Positions 1 to 9,173 of a DNA stretch of 40,024 nt are shown one piece after another. Every line of letters starts with the position of its first letter. Position 1 is the stretch's first letter. Source of the stretch: a virus. Taxonomy: Duplodnaviria > Caudoviricetes. The stretch is from positions 1-40,024 of the IMG/VR virus record IMGVR_UViG_3300044657_001119; one strand, 5' to 3'. Made by a program: the position numbers and the translations under genes. The notes beneath the pieces were generated by a model. It saw only the letters and a program-made list of their open reading frames with translations. It made no database searches and was not told where the DNA came from.

Positions 1-89
1 CCGCCCCCCTCTGCCACCACCCAAAAGCCCACCGAAGCGATGCTGGCACAGCACGAAAACATCAACAGTCTGCGCAATACGTCGTCCAT
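1..89 (-). CDS. 5' part of a small membrane protein that continues at 40024..39877 if the window is circular
   Basis: ATG at 89 with GGGGAGGG upstream; MDDVLRRLLMFSCCASIASVGFWVVAEGG, open off the left edge. Confidence 0.55.
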   Translation of the reverse strand, partial: MDDVLRRLLMFSCCASIASVGFWVVAEGG

Positions 90-164
90 CCTCTACCCCT
101 CCCCCACTTTCGTTGTCGGTTGTCGTAGGTCGCCACTCGTGTGCTAGGCTAGTAGGCGCCTAGG

Positions 165-866
165 CTAGGCGGACAATTCACCAAACCATCGCAAGAAACC
201 GTCAAACTTTGCGAAACTTGCAAGATCAACGCCATACTGTTCATTCAGCTCCCAGAAAATCACAGGACGCAACCCCGGCGCCGCGCTGACAACAAGACGA
301 AAACCTGCATCTCCAGTTTTCAGGAGCCAGTCAGCCCGCCAGCCACCGCAGTCCATTACGGAAATAACGGGCCGAAATGGCATTGCCTCTTTGCTTACGC
401 TTGCCATGATGTCTTCAAAGATCCCGGCAGTTCTGGCATCGGGCTCGCAGCCAGCTTCCGCAAAAGCCAATGACATTTGCTCCCTCACGCTTACTGCCGC
501 CGCGAAATGACCCGAATATATGAATGTCCAGTTTTGTTCACGCGAATCCTTTGGCTCAAACCCCGCTGCCAACATCGCTCCTTTGAAAACGCCATTTGTG
601 ACATAAACCTTCGTAGCTGCCTCGAATCTATGTTTCATGCCGTAACTGGTGAGATCCCGCAGCCACACTCCATTCATGCTGTTGTGTATCCAATCCAACA
701 ATGCCCGCTGCAACCCGATGTCAATCAAAAGGTATTGCCGCGGATCATCCATGCTCATTTCCTCTTCAGTATTTAGCGGCCCCATGTACATATTTTGCAA
801 TCCGTTCACCCTTGCACCTCCTGTGCTATACGTCCCTATACGTTGTTCTATTCGCTCTTTGCCCAT
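165..866 (-). CDS. Hypothetical phage protein
   Basis: 233 aa ORF with an SYGMKH...YVTNG.FKGAM..AGF motif that I recall from uncharacterised phage proteins; true start may be downstream. Confidence 0.6.
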   Translation of the reverse strand: MGKERIEQRIGTYSTGGARVNGLQNMYMGPLNTEEEMSMDDPRQYLLIDIGLQRALLDWIHNSMNGVWLRDLTSYGMKHRFEAATKVYVTNGVFKGAMLAAGFEPKDSREQNWTFIYSGHFAAAVSVREQMSLAFAEAGCEPDARTAGIFEDIMASVSKEAMPFRPVISVMDCGGWRADWLLKTGDAGFRLVVSAAPGLRPVIFWELNEQYGVDLASFAKFDGFLRWFGELSA

Positions 867-1507
867 CGCTGCACAGCGTCCGCCGCCCCGGCCGCTACCG
901 TGGTCGCCTTGCTGTTGCGGCTGATGGCCCCGCAGTCCATCAGCAACTGGTCAGCCGCCTCGAAGCGCTTGCGTGTCCAGTTGAGGCGGGTCACTGCTTG
1001 ATCACGGCCTACCCAGTCGCCGGTATCCGCTGCCAGTTTGAGCAGCGCCAACGCATCGGCCTTGACGCCTTGGTTCAACTGTTCGGCGCTGCGATAGCTG
1101 CCGCTGCGCAGGGTGTTGGCTTCTGCCCGTGATGCATTCAGGTCGAGCCGCAATGAATCGATGGTTGCGTCACGCTCATCGAGTAGCCGTTCCAACGTTG
1201 CGTTGTCCCCCGCCATTTCCATGATGGTTAGCCGCAGACGGGCAATGACTAGAATCGTCTGTGCGGCCCCCAGCAGACCCGACAACCGAACACCCAAGAC
1301 AATGAGGCCCATGATCAGGCCAGCGTAGCCACTGGCCTGGAAGCCCCGCCCTGCCAACCAGAACGACACGGCCACCAACACCGCAAAGCCGGCGGCCACG
1401 CTGGCATCGCCGGCCAGCTTTGTTTGCAAGGCGCTGATATGTTCCGGCGGTTTGGCGCTGGGGGCGTCGGTGGCCGGCGGCTGCGCGGTGACGTAGTTGT
1501 GTTCCAT
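848..1507 (-). CDS. Membrane protein with coiled coil
   Basis: Two hydrophobic helices, then a heptad-rich segment; GGAGG RBS upstream. Confidence 0.65.
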   Translation of the reverse strand: MEHNYVTAQPPATDAPSAKPPEHISALQTKLAGDASVAAGFAVLVAVSFWLAGRGFQASGYAGLIMGLIVLGVRLSGLLGAAQTILVIARLRLTIMEMAGDNATLERLLDERDATIDSLRLDLNASRAEANTLRSGSYRSAEQLNQGVKADALALLKLAADTGDWVGRDQAVTRLNWTRKRFEAADQLLMDCGAISRNSKATTVAAGAADAVQRWAKSE

Positions 1508-1508
1508 G

Positions 1509-1742
1509 TCATGACCTCCGTTCGTAGATCCACATCTGATTTTCGTAGCGAATCGGCAGCAAGCGGCTCAATTTGATGAGCATGAGCCGGGCGCCCTCCG
1601 GTGACACGCCGGCAATGTCCGCCACCTGTTGCGTGCTGTAGCGGTGACCCAAGATCAACCGCTCCACCACGACGCCCACACGCTCGGTGGGTATCACCGG
1701 CGCACTGCGGTCCTCAGTCGGTAGCGGCTGCATCATCATCAA
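1509..1742 (-). CDS. Small HTH DNA-binding protein
   Basis: YSTQQVADIAGVSPEGARLMLIKL HTH-like pattern; tightly packed in the operon. Confidence 0.6.
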   Translation of the reverse strand: MMMMQPLPTEDRSAPVIPTERVGVVVERLILGHRYSTQQVADIAGVSPEGARLMLIKLSRLLPIRYENQMWIYERRS

Positions 1743-2100
1743 TCACCAGTTCCACCCGTGCCCCGCCTTTGTCCGCCCGGCGCACCACGGGGGTGACGGC
1801 CGTCACATGCGCCGGGCTATCGTCGTTGATGACCCAGCCCTTGAGCGCATCGACGTACAGCTTCGTGCAGACATTGTCGACATCGTAGAGCCGCCCCGCC
1901 ATGTAGGCCGTTACCGTGATACGCACCGGCCCCGGCGCCGGCCATCCCTCGCCATTGATGACCTGCGGCGGCAGCGCCTGGCGCACGGCCAACTTCGCTG
2001 CATCCTTGGCCGCCTTGCGCTTTGTCCAGTGACTGCCGGCATAGAACTTGTTCCAGGACAACGGGCGCTCATCTTGGAGCACAATGGTCAATCGACTCAT
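1714..2100 (-). CDS. rusA: RusA-like Holliday junction resolvase
   Basis: PLSWNKFY...DVDNVCTKLYVDAL..VINDDS matches the RusA D-x-D-N/K/D/DD pattern; start moved to ATG 2100, which overlaps the upstream stop. Confidence 0.8.
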   Translation of the reverse strand: MSRLTIVLQDERPLSWNKFYAGSHWTKRKAAKDAAKLAVRQALPPQVINGEGWPAPGPVRITVTAYMAGRLYDVDNVCTKLYVDALKGWVINDDSPAHVTAVTPVVRRADKGGARVELVIDDDAAATD

Positions 2101-2705
2101 CGCCACACGCTCCAGTCGGGCGCTTCGTTCATCGCCCGGCACGCTGCCTCGTAGCGAGCCATGGCGGTAGAGGCGGTGGTCAACATGCGCCAAAGTTTAT
2201 CCCGTTGGCGTTCGTCTTTGGCGCTGGCCATCAGCTCCAGCAGCGCCGGGCGCTGGTCAGCCGTGGCGCCCAGCAGCTCCCACGCCGCTTCTCGGTACTG
2301 CGCAGCGGCGTTGAGGCGCTCCGTGGCTGCGCGTTGGCCTGCGCAGCCAGCGCATGGGCATTCGACCACATCGGGAAACACGGGTGTCTCACCGGCCAAC
2401 GCGCATAGCTCGCAGTAGGCCGACTCTGCCAGTTTGGCTTTGTTGGCCGCCGCGCTGGCTTCGGCCTGCAAGGTAGCCAACGCCTTTTCAACGATGGCCA
2501 GCTTGGCGGCATCGCCGTTGCGCTGGAGGGCGTTGGCCACGTCGAAGGCCCGGTGCACACGCCCGCTCCAACAGAGGGGCAGTGTCGTGCCGTCGGCTTG
2601 CTTGACGGGTCGAGGCAAGTAAGCCAGTGCATGCAGGCGCTCGGCTTCCGCTTTGGCTTCCAAGATTTGACGGCGTTTCACGCTGGTTGGAATTGTCGCT
2701 TCCAT
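2097..2705 (-). CDS. Hypothetical protein (Ala-rich coiled coil with CxxC...CPCxxC motif)
   Basis: ATG 2705 with GGAGG RBS; YCELC...ECPCAGC possible Zn site. Confidence 0.6.
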   Translation of the reverse strand: MEATIPTSVKRRQILEAKAEAERLHALAYLPRPVKQADGTTLPLCWSGRVHRAFDVANALQRNGDAAKLAIVEKALATLQAEASAAANKAKLAESAYCELCALAGETPVFPDVVECPCAGCAGQRAATERLNAAAQYREAAWELLGATADQRPALLELMASAKDERQRDKLWRMLTTASTAMARYEAACRAMNEAPDWSVWR

Positions 2706-3148
2706 TGTTCCTCCATGGTTGGCATGTGGGTGGCTACGATGGCGCGCCACGCGGCGGGCCACTGGGAGAGAGTCATCAAGCACAGCCAGTGATCAGCGTC
2801 GCCACCGGTGCCAACTTCGATGTACTCGCCTTTGCGCTTAGTCTTGATCTGTTGCTCTTTGTCGTGCAGGACAAAGATTCGTTCGGTGTTGGTTGGCGCT
2901 GGTGGGATCTTGCCCTGCAAGGCCTGTACGATGGCGGCATCGTTGCAGAGGATCATCAGCGGCAGGTCAATGAGGCGGGCATCGGCCAGCGCCTCGGCCA
3001 GTGCGGGCCATGGTGCGCCGCAACGGTCGATGATGTTCGGCTGCAAAGCGCCGTCGCCGTCTCGGAGCGTGCCAGTGAGGGAGCAGGTGCCGTTTTGCAC
3101 CCACATCGCCAAAAACAACGTGCCCCAATCGGAAATTTCGGGCTTCAT
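2678..3148 (-). CDS. Hypothetical protein, possibly a degenerate RNase H-like fold
   Basis: ALAEALADAR..LPLMILCNDAAIVQALQG resembles the RNase HI helix/strand-DS-LVV-Q region, without clear catalytic acids. Confidence 0.5.
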   Translation of the reverse strand: MKPEISDWGTLFLAMWVQNGTCSLTGTLRDGDGALQPNIIDRCGAPWPALAEALADARLIDLPLMILCNDAAIVQALQGKIPPAPTNTERIFVLHDKEQQIKTKRKGEYIEVGTGGDADHWLCLMTLSQWPAAWRAIVATHMPTMEEQWKRQFQPA

Positions 3149-3162
3149 AGCGCACCGTGACT

Positions 3163-3440
3163 GCCGCGTTGCAGACTTGTTGCAGGCTTTTTAAAAGGCT
3201 GCAACAGAAAATTACTCTGGAAAGTTGCAGATGTTGCAGCGTTGCAGAAAAGTTGATTAATAGACACTATAGGGGAAATTATTTGTATTTTTTTCGTTTC
3301 CATTTTTGTTTTCACTTTGGCACTCTCGCGTATACGTAGGCTATATGAAATTTTTCTGCAACTCTGCAACTTCTGCAACGCGCATCTGTATTTTCGCGTT
3401 GCAGACTTTTTGAAAGTCTGCAACGGGTCTGCAACGCGGC
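3163..3440. repeat. Putative replication origin: 12 GTTGCAG iterons mirrored around an AT-rich core
   Basis: GTTGCAG at 3168, 3179, 3224, 3233, 3241, 3398; CTGCAAC at 3199, 3356, 3364, 3373, 3418, 3429; AT-rich 3248-3355; directly downstream of the primase-helicase. Confidence 0.8.
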
Positions 3441-3443
3441 GGC

Positions 3444-6416
3444 TCACAAGCCAAGCTCCCGCAAGATTTGCGGTGTATCATCCTCGGGTTCATCGTCGCC
3501 TTCGGCGTTGCTTCCCGTGCCAAAGGCCGCCAACTTAAGATGCAGCGTTCTGATCGCCTTGCCGCCGATGCGCAGTGTTTTCGTTGTGAGGTTCTTGTCC
3601 TGACTGGCAATCTTGCCCAGCCCTTCCAACTGGCTGTACAACCCCTGTATCGAGATCGGCAGACTGTTTTGCCCGAGCAGCCGCTTGGCCGCACTTAGTG
3701 CCAGCGACGGCAGCAGGTAGACCCCGTCGGAGTCCCACCAGCCCAACACCCGATCGCGCTCCATGTCGTTGTCGGGCAGCGCCCGCGGTTGCAGGATGTA
3801 CTGCCGGGTGACAATGAGCTCCCGCAGCGCACCAAGGAACTGGTGAGCTTCCAGCGCTTCGGCGGTGCGGCTGGCCATGGTTTGGGCAATGGAGCGCAGG
3901 CCTGCGGCATGGCACGGGGCCACGGGCGACAACACGGCAGCCAGCGCCGGGCACTGCAAGGCCACCTGGAAGGCAAGCTCATTGCTGGCGAGGTTGGCAG
4001 CCACGCGTAAGGCGTTGGCCATGCCCGTCTTGTAGCTGGTGAGTTCGTTGGCCCAGTAGCGCTGACGCTGCCAGATTTGCCCGGCGATGCCCTTGATGGT
4101 CTCGGCGTTGGCCTTGTCTTCCAACCAGTCAACCCAGGCCGAACCGAGGGCTTGCAGATGCTGGCTGCGTTCCTGGGCATGGGCCAACGTTTCGTTGGGC
4201 GTGCCAGGCTGCCAGGGGAAGGGCAGCACGAGCACGCGGGCCACACTGGCGGCGTCTTGATCGGGCACGTCTTCCCCGGTCATCAGCGGGAAGCAATGGA
4301 TGGACTTGGCTTGGCGCAACTCCGACGATGCGTTGAGGCGGTCCTTCTCGCCGCCTTCCAGGATGTTGTGAATCAGCGCCACGAAATCTTTGCCGCCGCC
4401 GCCGGTGTTCGGTTTGTAGTTGTCGATCAGGAGCGGCAGGTCATGGGCTCGGGCGGCCATCGACATGATGGCGTTGCGGGTAGCGCCCTCACCCCACTTC
4501 AGGAGCAGATCCGGCTCGGCAAAGCGCGGGCCATAGAGACACATGAGCGTCTGGCAAAACGACGTTTTCAGGCTGCCTGTGCGGCCTTGAATGAAAATGC
4601 CGTAGCGGCCCTGCCAGCCGGCCACCCGCTGCAATGGCGCCTGGAGCAGCTGGGCCAACACCGTCAACGCCAAGCCCGGCTCGATGGCATTGACCAGCGA
4701 AGCAAGCGCCTCTTGCGCGATGGCCAGCGATGCAGCGCCCTCCTCCTCTGGCACGCAATCAAACGAGTACGGCAATTTGCGGTCCAGGTCCACCCGGATT
4801 TGCTTGTTGTCCGACTGGCGACCCGGCATCAGGAAGTGACCGTCGTGCCAGCCGGTGCGCCGAAAGCGCTTGATGGACACCAGTTCATCGTCACGGGTCA
4901 GCAGCTTGATGGCCGCCGGCAAATGTTCCGTCATGGCGGGGTAGACCGGGTCTTTCGCCCCGGCCGCCGATTCCAGCAGCGCCCGCAGTACCCGCGGCTG
5001 CCCGATGATTTCGGCGTTGATCTCCAACCGGAAAGCGCCGCCGCGCAGCGCAGAGCCAAGAATCGTGAACGTGCGGCTGCCGTCTTCCTCGGTGATCTCT
5101 TCGACGTTGCGCGCCGTGAAATCAGCAATTCTGGAGTCCATCGGCTCGCCTTTGACCTCGTAGAAGAAAACCAGCCGCCCGTCTTTTTCGCCATAGGGCC
5201 ATGAGTTCGGCCGCTCGGGCTTCTCCTTCTCTGGCACGCTGTCCGGCGTTGGCGTCGATGTCAATGATGCTGGGCTTGGCGTACCAGGTGGGGGCAGCAG
5301 CAGGGAGCTGGTGAGCGTCGCCGGGTCGGGCGTGGTGGCCGAAAAGCCGTGCGTCATGACATCGTCGCCGTCAAAACTGGCAGCGCTTGCCGTCTGCGTT
5401 TGCTTGCGGCTGTTGGCGCGTGGCGGCCGCGGCTTGGCCTTGCCGGCTTCGAGACCCGAATCAATCGTCGCCGCCGCCTCGTCTTGCTCGAGTCCGCATT
5501 GCTCCGCCGCCGCCAGTAGCGTCTCTCTGACCAACGCTTCGTCAAGGTCGCCGACGCCGACCAGCTGCCCCAGGTTGAACGCCGCTTCGTTGAGCCGTGC
5601 GTTGCGCTTGTGGCTGCCCTCGGGTGTAGCCGAAACGGCCTGCGCTTCGTCCTGCAAGGCCTTGGTGGCGTAGGACGCCTTTGAGCGTGTATCGTTGTTT
5701 CTGGGGGCAGTGGCGGGCTGTAGCGGGCTTGTAGCGTTTTGCGCTGTTGAGTTTTTTTGTGGTTCGTCGGTGACGGCGAAGTAGGCCAACAACAGAATCT
5801 CTGGCGCTACGGTGACCGGGTCATGTTGCGGAATGGCCCCGTGCCATTGATAGAAGCCGCCGTTGGGGTGGCGGGAGCCGGGGAGCACCGTGTAATGGCC
5901 GGTATGGCGCAGCTCAATATGGCCGCCGCTTGTGTGGAATTCGCCCTTGCCGGATCGATCCAGCTTGCCTTTGTCGAGGATCAAGCCGGGGCAGCGCAAC
6001 CAGACATGGCGACCGCCGGAGGGCGTATGCACGGCCCAGTCGCCCGCCGCCTCGTCACCCAGTTCGGCGAGGAACTGTTGCAGGAACAACGCCGAAGCGC
6101 CCGCCTCGTCGAAGTCAATGCACACCAGGTCATTGACGCCCCCGATGCCGGCGATGCCGCGCACATCGGCCCACCAGCCGGGGCGCAAGATGCCATTGAG
6201 ATCCTTTTCGGTTTGTCGCCGTATCTGCCAGTCTTCCCAGCGCCAGTGCAGGCGCTTGCCGTTGTCGGCGATTTGGGTGACGATGGGCTTTTTGTCGTCA
6301 CCGAGAGGAACGATGTTGAAGCCCTGTCGCCAGAATGCCCGCGCCATCTCTCGCCAGTGTTTCGCCGTGCCCTGCGCTTGTCCTTCCGTCCCTGGGTCGC
6401 TTTCTTGTGGTGTCAT
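3444..6416 (-). CDS. Bifunctional primase-polymerase (Prim-Pol) with PriCT-like domain and C-terminal DUF927/SF3-like helicase
   Basis: N-terminal IVPL..DKKP, CIDFD, TPSGGRH, GHYTVLPGSRHP; C-terminal Walker A GRTGSLKT and Walker B LLIDN. Confidence 0.88.
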   Translation of the reverse strand: MTPQESDPGTEGQAQGTAKHWREMARAFWRQGFNIVPLGDDKKPIVTQIADNGKRLHWRWEDWQIRRQTEKDLNGILRPGWWADVRGIAGIGGVNDLVCIDFDEAGASALFLQQFLAELGDEAAGDWAVHTPSGGRHVWLRCPGLILDKGKLDRSGKGEFHTSGGHIELRHTGHYTVLPGSRHPNGGFYQWHGAIPQHDPVTVAPEILLLAYFAVTDEPQKNSTAQNATSPLQPATAPRNNDTRSKASYATKALQDEAQAVSATPEGSHKRNARLNEAAFNLGQLVGVGDLDEALVRETLLAAAEQCGLEQDEAAATIDSGLEAGKAKPRPPRANSRKQTQTASAASFDGDDVMTHGFSATTPDPATLTSSLLLPPPGTPSPASLTSTPTPDSVPEKEKPERPNSWPYGEKDGRLVFFYEVKGEPMDSRIADFTARNVEEITEEDGSRTFTILGSALRGGAFRLEINAEIIGQPRVLRALLESAAGAKDPVYPAMTEHLPAAIKLLTRDDELVSIKRFRRTGWHDGHFLMPGRQSDNKQIRVDLDRKLPYSFDCVPEEEGAASLAIAQEALASLVNAIEPGLALTVLAQLLQAPLQRVAGWQGRYGIFIQGRTGSLKTSFCQTLMCLYGPRFAEPDLLLKWGEGATRNAIMSMAARAHDLPLLIDNYKPNTGGGGKDFVALIHNILEGGEKDRLNASSELRQAKSIHCFPLMTGEDVPDQDAASVARVLVLPFPWQPGTPNETLAHAQERSQHLQALGSAWVDWLEDKANAETIKGIAGQIWQRQRYWANELTSYKTGMANALRVAANLASNELAFQVALQCPALAAVLSPVAPCHAAGLRSIAQTMASRTAEALEAHQFLGALRELIVTRQYILQPRALPDNDMERDRVLGWWDSDGVYLLPSLALSAAKRLLGQNSLPISIQGLYSQLEGLGKIASQDKNLTTKTLRIGGKAIRTLHLKLAAFGTGSNAEGDDEPEDDTPQILRELGL

Positions 6417-6636
6417 TGTGTTGGGCGTTCCTGGTCAATCAGTCAATTTCATTTTTATGGGAGAGAAGGCCGCTACCGGGCTGCGTGACACCCGGTAGCG
6501 GCAAAGGGGTACCATATGGGTATCCATCCTGTATGCGCTGGACTGACCAGGATGGCAGGGGTAGGAGTTTCGGGGAGTAATGACAACCCCGCCGGCGACT
6601 ATTTGACCCCTCGACGCGCACATGGTTGTAATCAAA

Positions 6637-9102
6637 TCAGGGCCTCAGAGAGAGGCGTTCGGCGACCAGCGCCGCGTCACGAAGTTTTCCGGCGGTGCGC
6701 TCGGGCTCCGCAAAGAACGTCACCACCTGCCCGGCATTGCTGGTGAGCGGCGCCGGCGGCAACGATGGCAGCACCTGGCTGCGGCCATACTGGCTGGTGC
6801 GCAGGCGGTTGTCGAGGATGGCAATCACGCCGCGATCGGTGTCGGTGCGAATCAACCGCCCGGCGGCTTGCTTGAGCTCGATGATCATCTTTGGCACAGC
6901 CAGTGCATCGAAGGGGTAGCGCTCCAGCTTTGACCCGGTGAGCCCCAACGTGTCACGAGCGTAGACCCGAGCCTGGGTGTCCTGGGCAGCGCTGATGGGC
7001 GACGGTGCATCGAAGGGCATCTTGTCCACCACCACCAACCGCAGGGCGTCGCCATCAATCGAGACGCCTTCGAAAAAGCTCTTGGTGGCGAACAACACGG
7101 CGTTGCCATCGTCGCGGAAGCGCCGGGCGATCTCGAGTTTGGGCAGGTCGCCTTGCACCAACATGGTCAATTTTTGGCGGGCAATGGTAGGCGTCAAATA
7201 CGTCACGGCATTGCGCAGCATGACAAAGGAGGTGAACAGCAGGAACGCCCCACCGCGTGACGCCGCCACCAGGTCGTCCAACTGCTCAAGTAACCACGGG
7301 CCATAGTCGGGGCTGCCCGGCGCGGGCGATGAACCGTTGGGCACGTAGAGCAGCGCCTGCGACGCATAGTCGAAGGGCGATTGCGCCTGCATCTGCAAGG
7401 CATCGGGCAGCCCGACCTGGCGCAAAAACGTATCGAGGCGGGGCGTCGCCAACGTCGCCGAACAGAAAATCACCGCCGGGGCCGTCGTGCGCCGCACCTT
7501 CTCTGGCTCGCCATTGTCAAGGCCATCGCCTTGCGTGCCAGAGGGAGAGAAGCTGGTCAACCAGTGCGCCAGATCCACCTGTTCGGCATCGCCAAGCGCA
7601 TCAACTTTGAGGATGCAATCGGGGCCATAGGGCATACCGTCCAACAGATGCACAACCGGCGCTGTGAGTTTGCGATGGCAACGGGTGCACTGGGTGTAGT
7701 CCAGCGCATGGCCGCCGCCGCCATCATTGCCGCCATCGCCTTCGCGCAGGTCATACCCGGCGAGGCCTGCCAAAAATGTCGAGACATCAACCGGTTGGGC
7801 GCATAGTTTCAGCGTGTCCAGGTTGGTACGTTGTTGGCGGTCGGGCTCCAGCCAACGCACTTCGTCGCCATGATGGACGGTGAAGGCCGACAGGTTGGCG
7901 GCCAACGCCCGCAACGATTGCGCCCGCTTGGACTTCTTGATCTCTTCGACGGCGGTGGCCGGCGGCTCTTCCTCACCCCAAAGATCCTCCGCCAAGCCCA
8001 TGATCATCTGTTGGAGTTCAACACCCGCAGGCAGCGCCACATCAGAGCGAAGGCCTACCTGAAATTCCGTTGAGTTGCGTACCAGGCCGAACAGTTCCGC
8101 CGTGAATTGGTCGAGCGCCCGTTCGGTCTCCTGCGTAGACTGCGGCCCCATCCATTTCATGACCTTGCGAATGGCGCTGCGCATGCGGCCGGGCGTCGTT
8201 TCAAAACCAAGGGCGTTGCGGGCGTAGTCGGCCAGCTTGTGGGCCTCGTCAATCACGAGTACATCAGCCGGCGGCAGGATGCCAGCGGCTGGGTAGCTGG
8301 TGTGCAGGCAAAGGAGCGCGTGGTTTGTGATGACCACGTTGGCGGTGTTGCGCTCTGTTTTGGCGTCGAAATAAAAACAGTCGCCAAAGAACACGCAATG
8401 TTTGCCGGCGCACTCATCATCGACCGTGATTTTCGCCAGCGCTTCCCACGGCACGGAGGTCGTCAATTCCTCCGTGTTGCCGGTGGCCGTGGCGTTGTAC
8501 CAGTTCAACAGGTTGGCATCGTCGATTTTCACCGTGCGATGAATCGGATCTTCCGCCTTGTTGCGACAAGCGTAGTTGCCCTTGCCCACCGCCAAGGCGA
8601 CGGTTTGGCCGGGGAAAATCTTTTGCAGCAGCGGCACGTCCTTGCGGTAGAGCTGCATTTGCAGATTCTTGTTGCTGGTCGAAATGATGACCTTGCGCCC
8701 CATCGCCATGCAGATGGCGGCATAGGCGAACGACTTGCCAACGCCGGTCCCCGCCTCGACCACGCCCGGCTGCCCCATCTCAATGGCCCGTTGCACGAGG
8801 CGGGCCATGTGGACCTGCGGCATGCGCACTTGATAGCCCGGAATCAACGCCGCCAGTTTGCCGCCATCGGCGAAGATTTCATCCGCCAACGACGGCCACG
8901 AAACAACCAGCGTGTCACCGGTTGTTTGGCGTTCGGCGTGAAACGGCACGCCCGCCGCCTTGAGCAACGCCGGCCACTGGGCAACATTGCCTGTAATGCG
9001 CAGGACAAAGCGGCCATCCTCCACCCGGCACGACGGCCGCAACGGCGCATCGCAACAGGCGGATTCCCACAGGCGCAACATGGTTTGTGATAAACTGCTC
9101 AT
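6637..9102 (-). CDS. dinG: DinG/YoaA-family SF2 helicase with Fe-S cluster
   Basis: Q motif GYQVRMPQ, EAGTGVGKS, Fe-S Cys (YACR..ECAGKHC..DC), DEAH, CSATL, FFEGVSIDG, KQAAGRLIR; ATG 9102 with GGAGGAG RBS. Confidence 0.92.
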   Translation of the reverse strand: MSSLSQTMLRLWESACCDAPLRPSCRVEDGRFVLRITGNVAQWPALLKAAGVPFHAERQTTGDTLVVSWPSLADEIFADGGKLAALIPGYQVRMPQVHMARLVQRAIEMGQPGVVEAGTGVGKSFAYAAICMAMGRKVIISTSNKNLQMQLYRKDVPLLQKIFPGQTVALAVGKGNYACRNKAEDPIHRTVKIDDANLLNWYNATATGNTEELTTSVPWEALAKITVDDECAGKHCVFFGDCFYFDAKTERNTANVVITNHALLCLHTSYPAAGILPPADVLVIDEAHKLADYARNALGFETTPGRMRSAIRKVMKWMGPQSTQETERALDQFTAELFGLVRNSTEFQVGLRSDVALPAGVELQQMIMGLAEDLWGEEEPPATAVEEIKKSKRAQSLRALAANLSAFTVHHGDEVRWLEPDRQQRTNLDTLKLCAQPVDVSTFLAGLAGYDLREGDGGNDGGGGHALDYTQCTRCHRKLTAPVVHLLDGMPYGPDCILKVDALGDAEQVDLAHWLTSFSPSGTQGDGLDNGEPEKVRRTTAPAVIFCSATLATPRLDTFLRQVGLPDALQMQAQSPFDYASQALLYVPNGSSPAPGSPDYGPWLLEQLDDLVAASRGGAFLLFTSFVMLRNAVTYLTPTIARQKLTMLVQGDLPKLEIARRFRDDGNAVLFATKSFFEGVSIDGDALRLVVVDKMPFDAPSPISAAQDTQARVYARDTLGLTGSKLERYPFDALAVPKMIIELKQAAGRLIRTDTDRGVIAILDNRLRTSQYGRSQVLPSLPPAPLTSNAGQVVTFFAEPERTAGKLRDAALVAERLSLRP

Positions 9103-9173
9103 ATCTTCTCTCCTCCGAAAGAGGCCGGCGGTTGTTCGCAGCAACCGCCGGCCAAACTTTGTCATTGACCAGA

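Noticed and set aside
3145-3447. 100-aa ORF across the origin
   Set aside because: Translation of iterons and the AT-rich tract; composition unlike the other genes. Not fully excluded, as its ends overlap neighbouring start/stop codons
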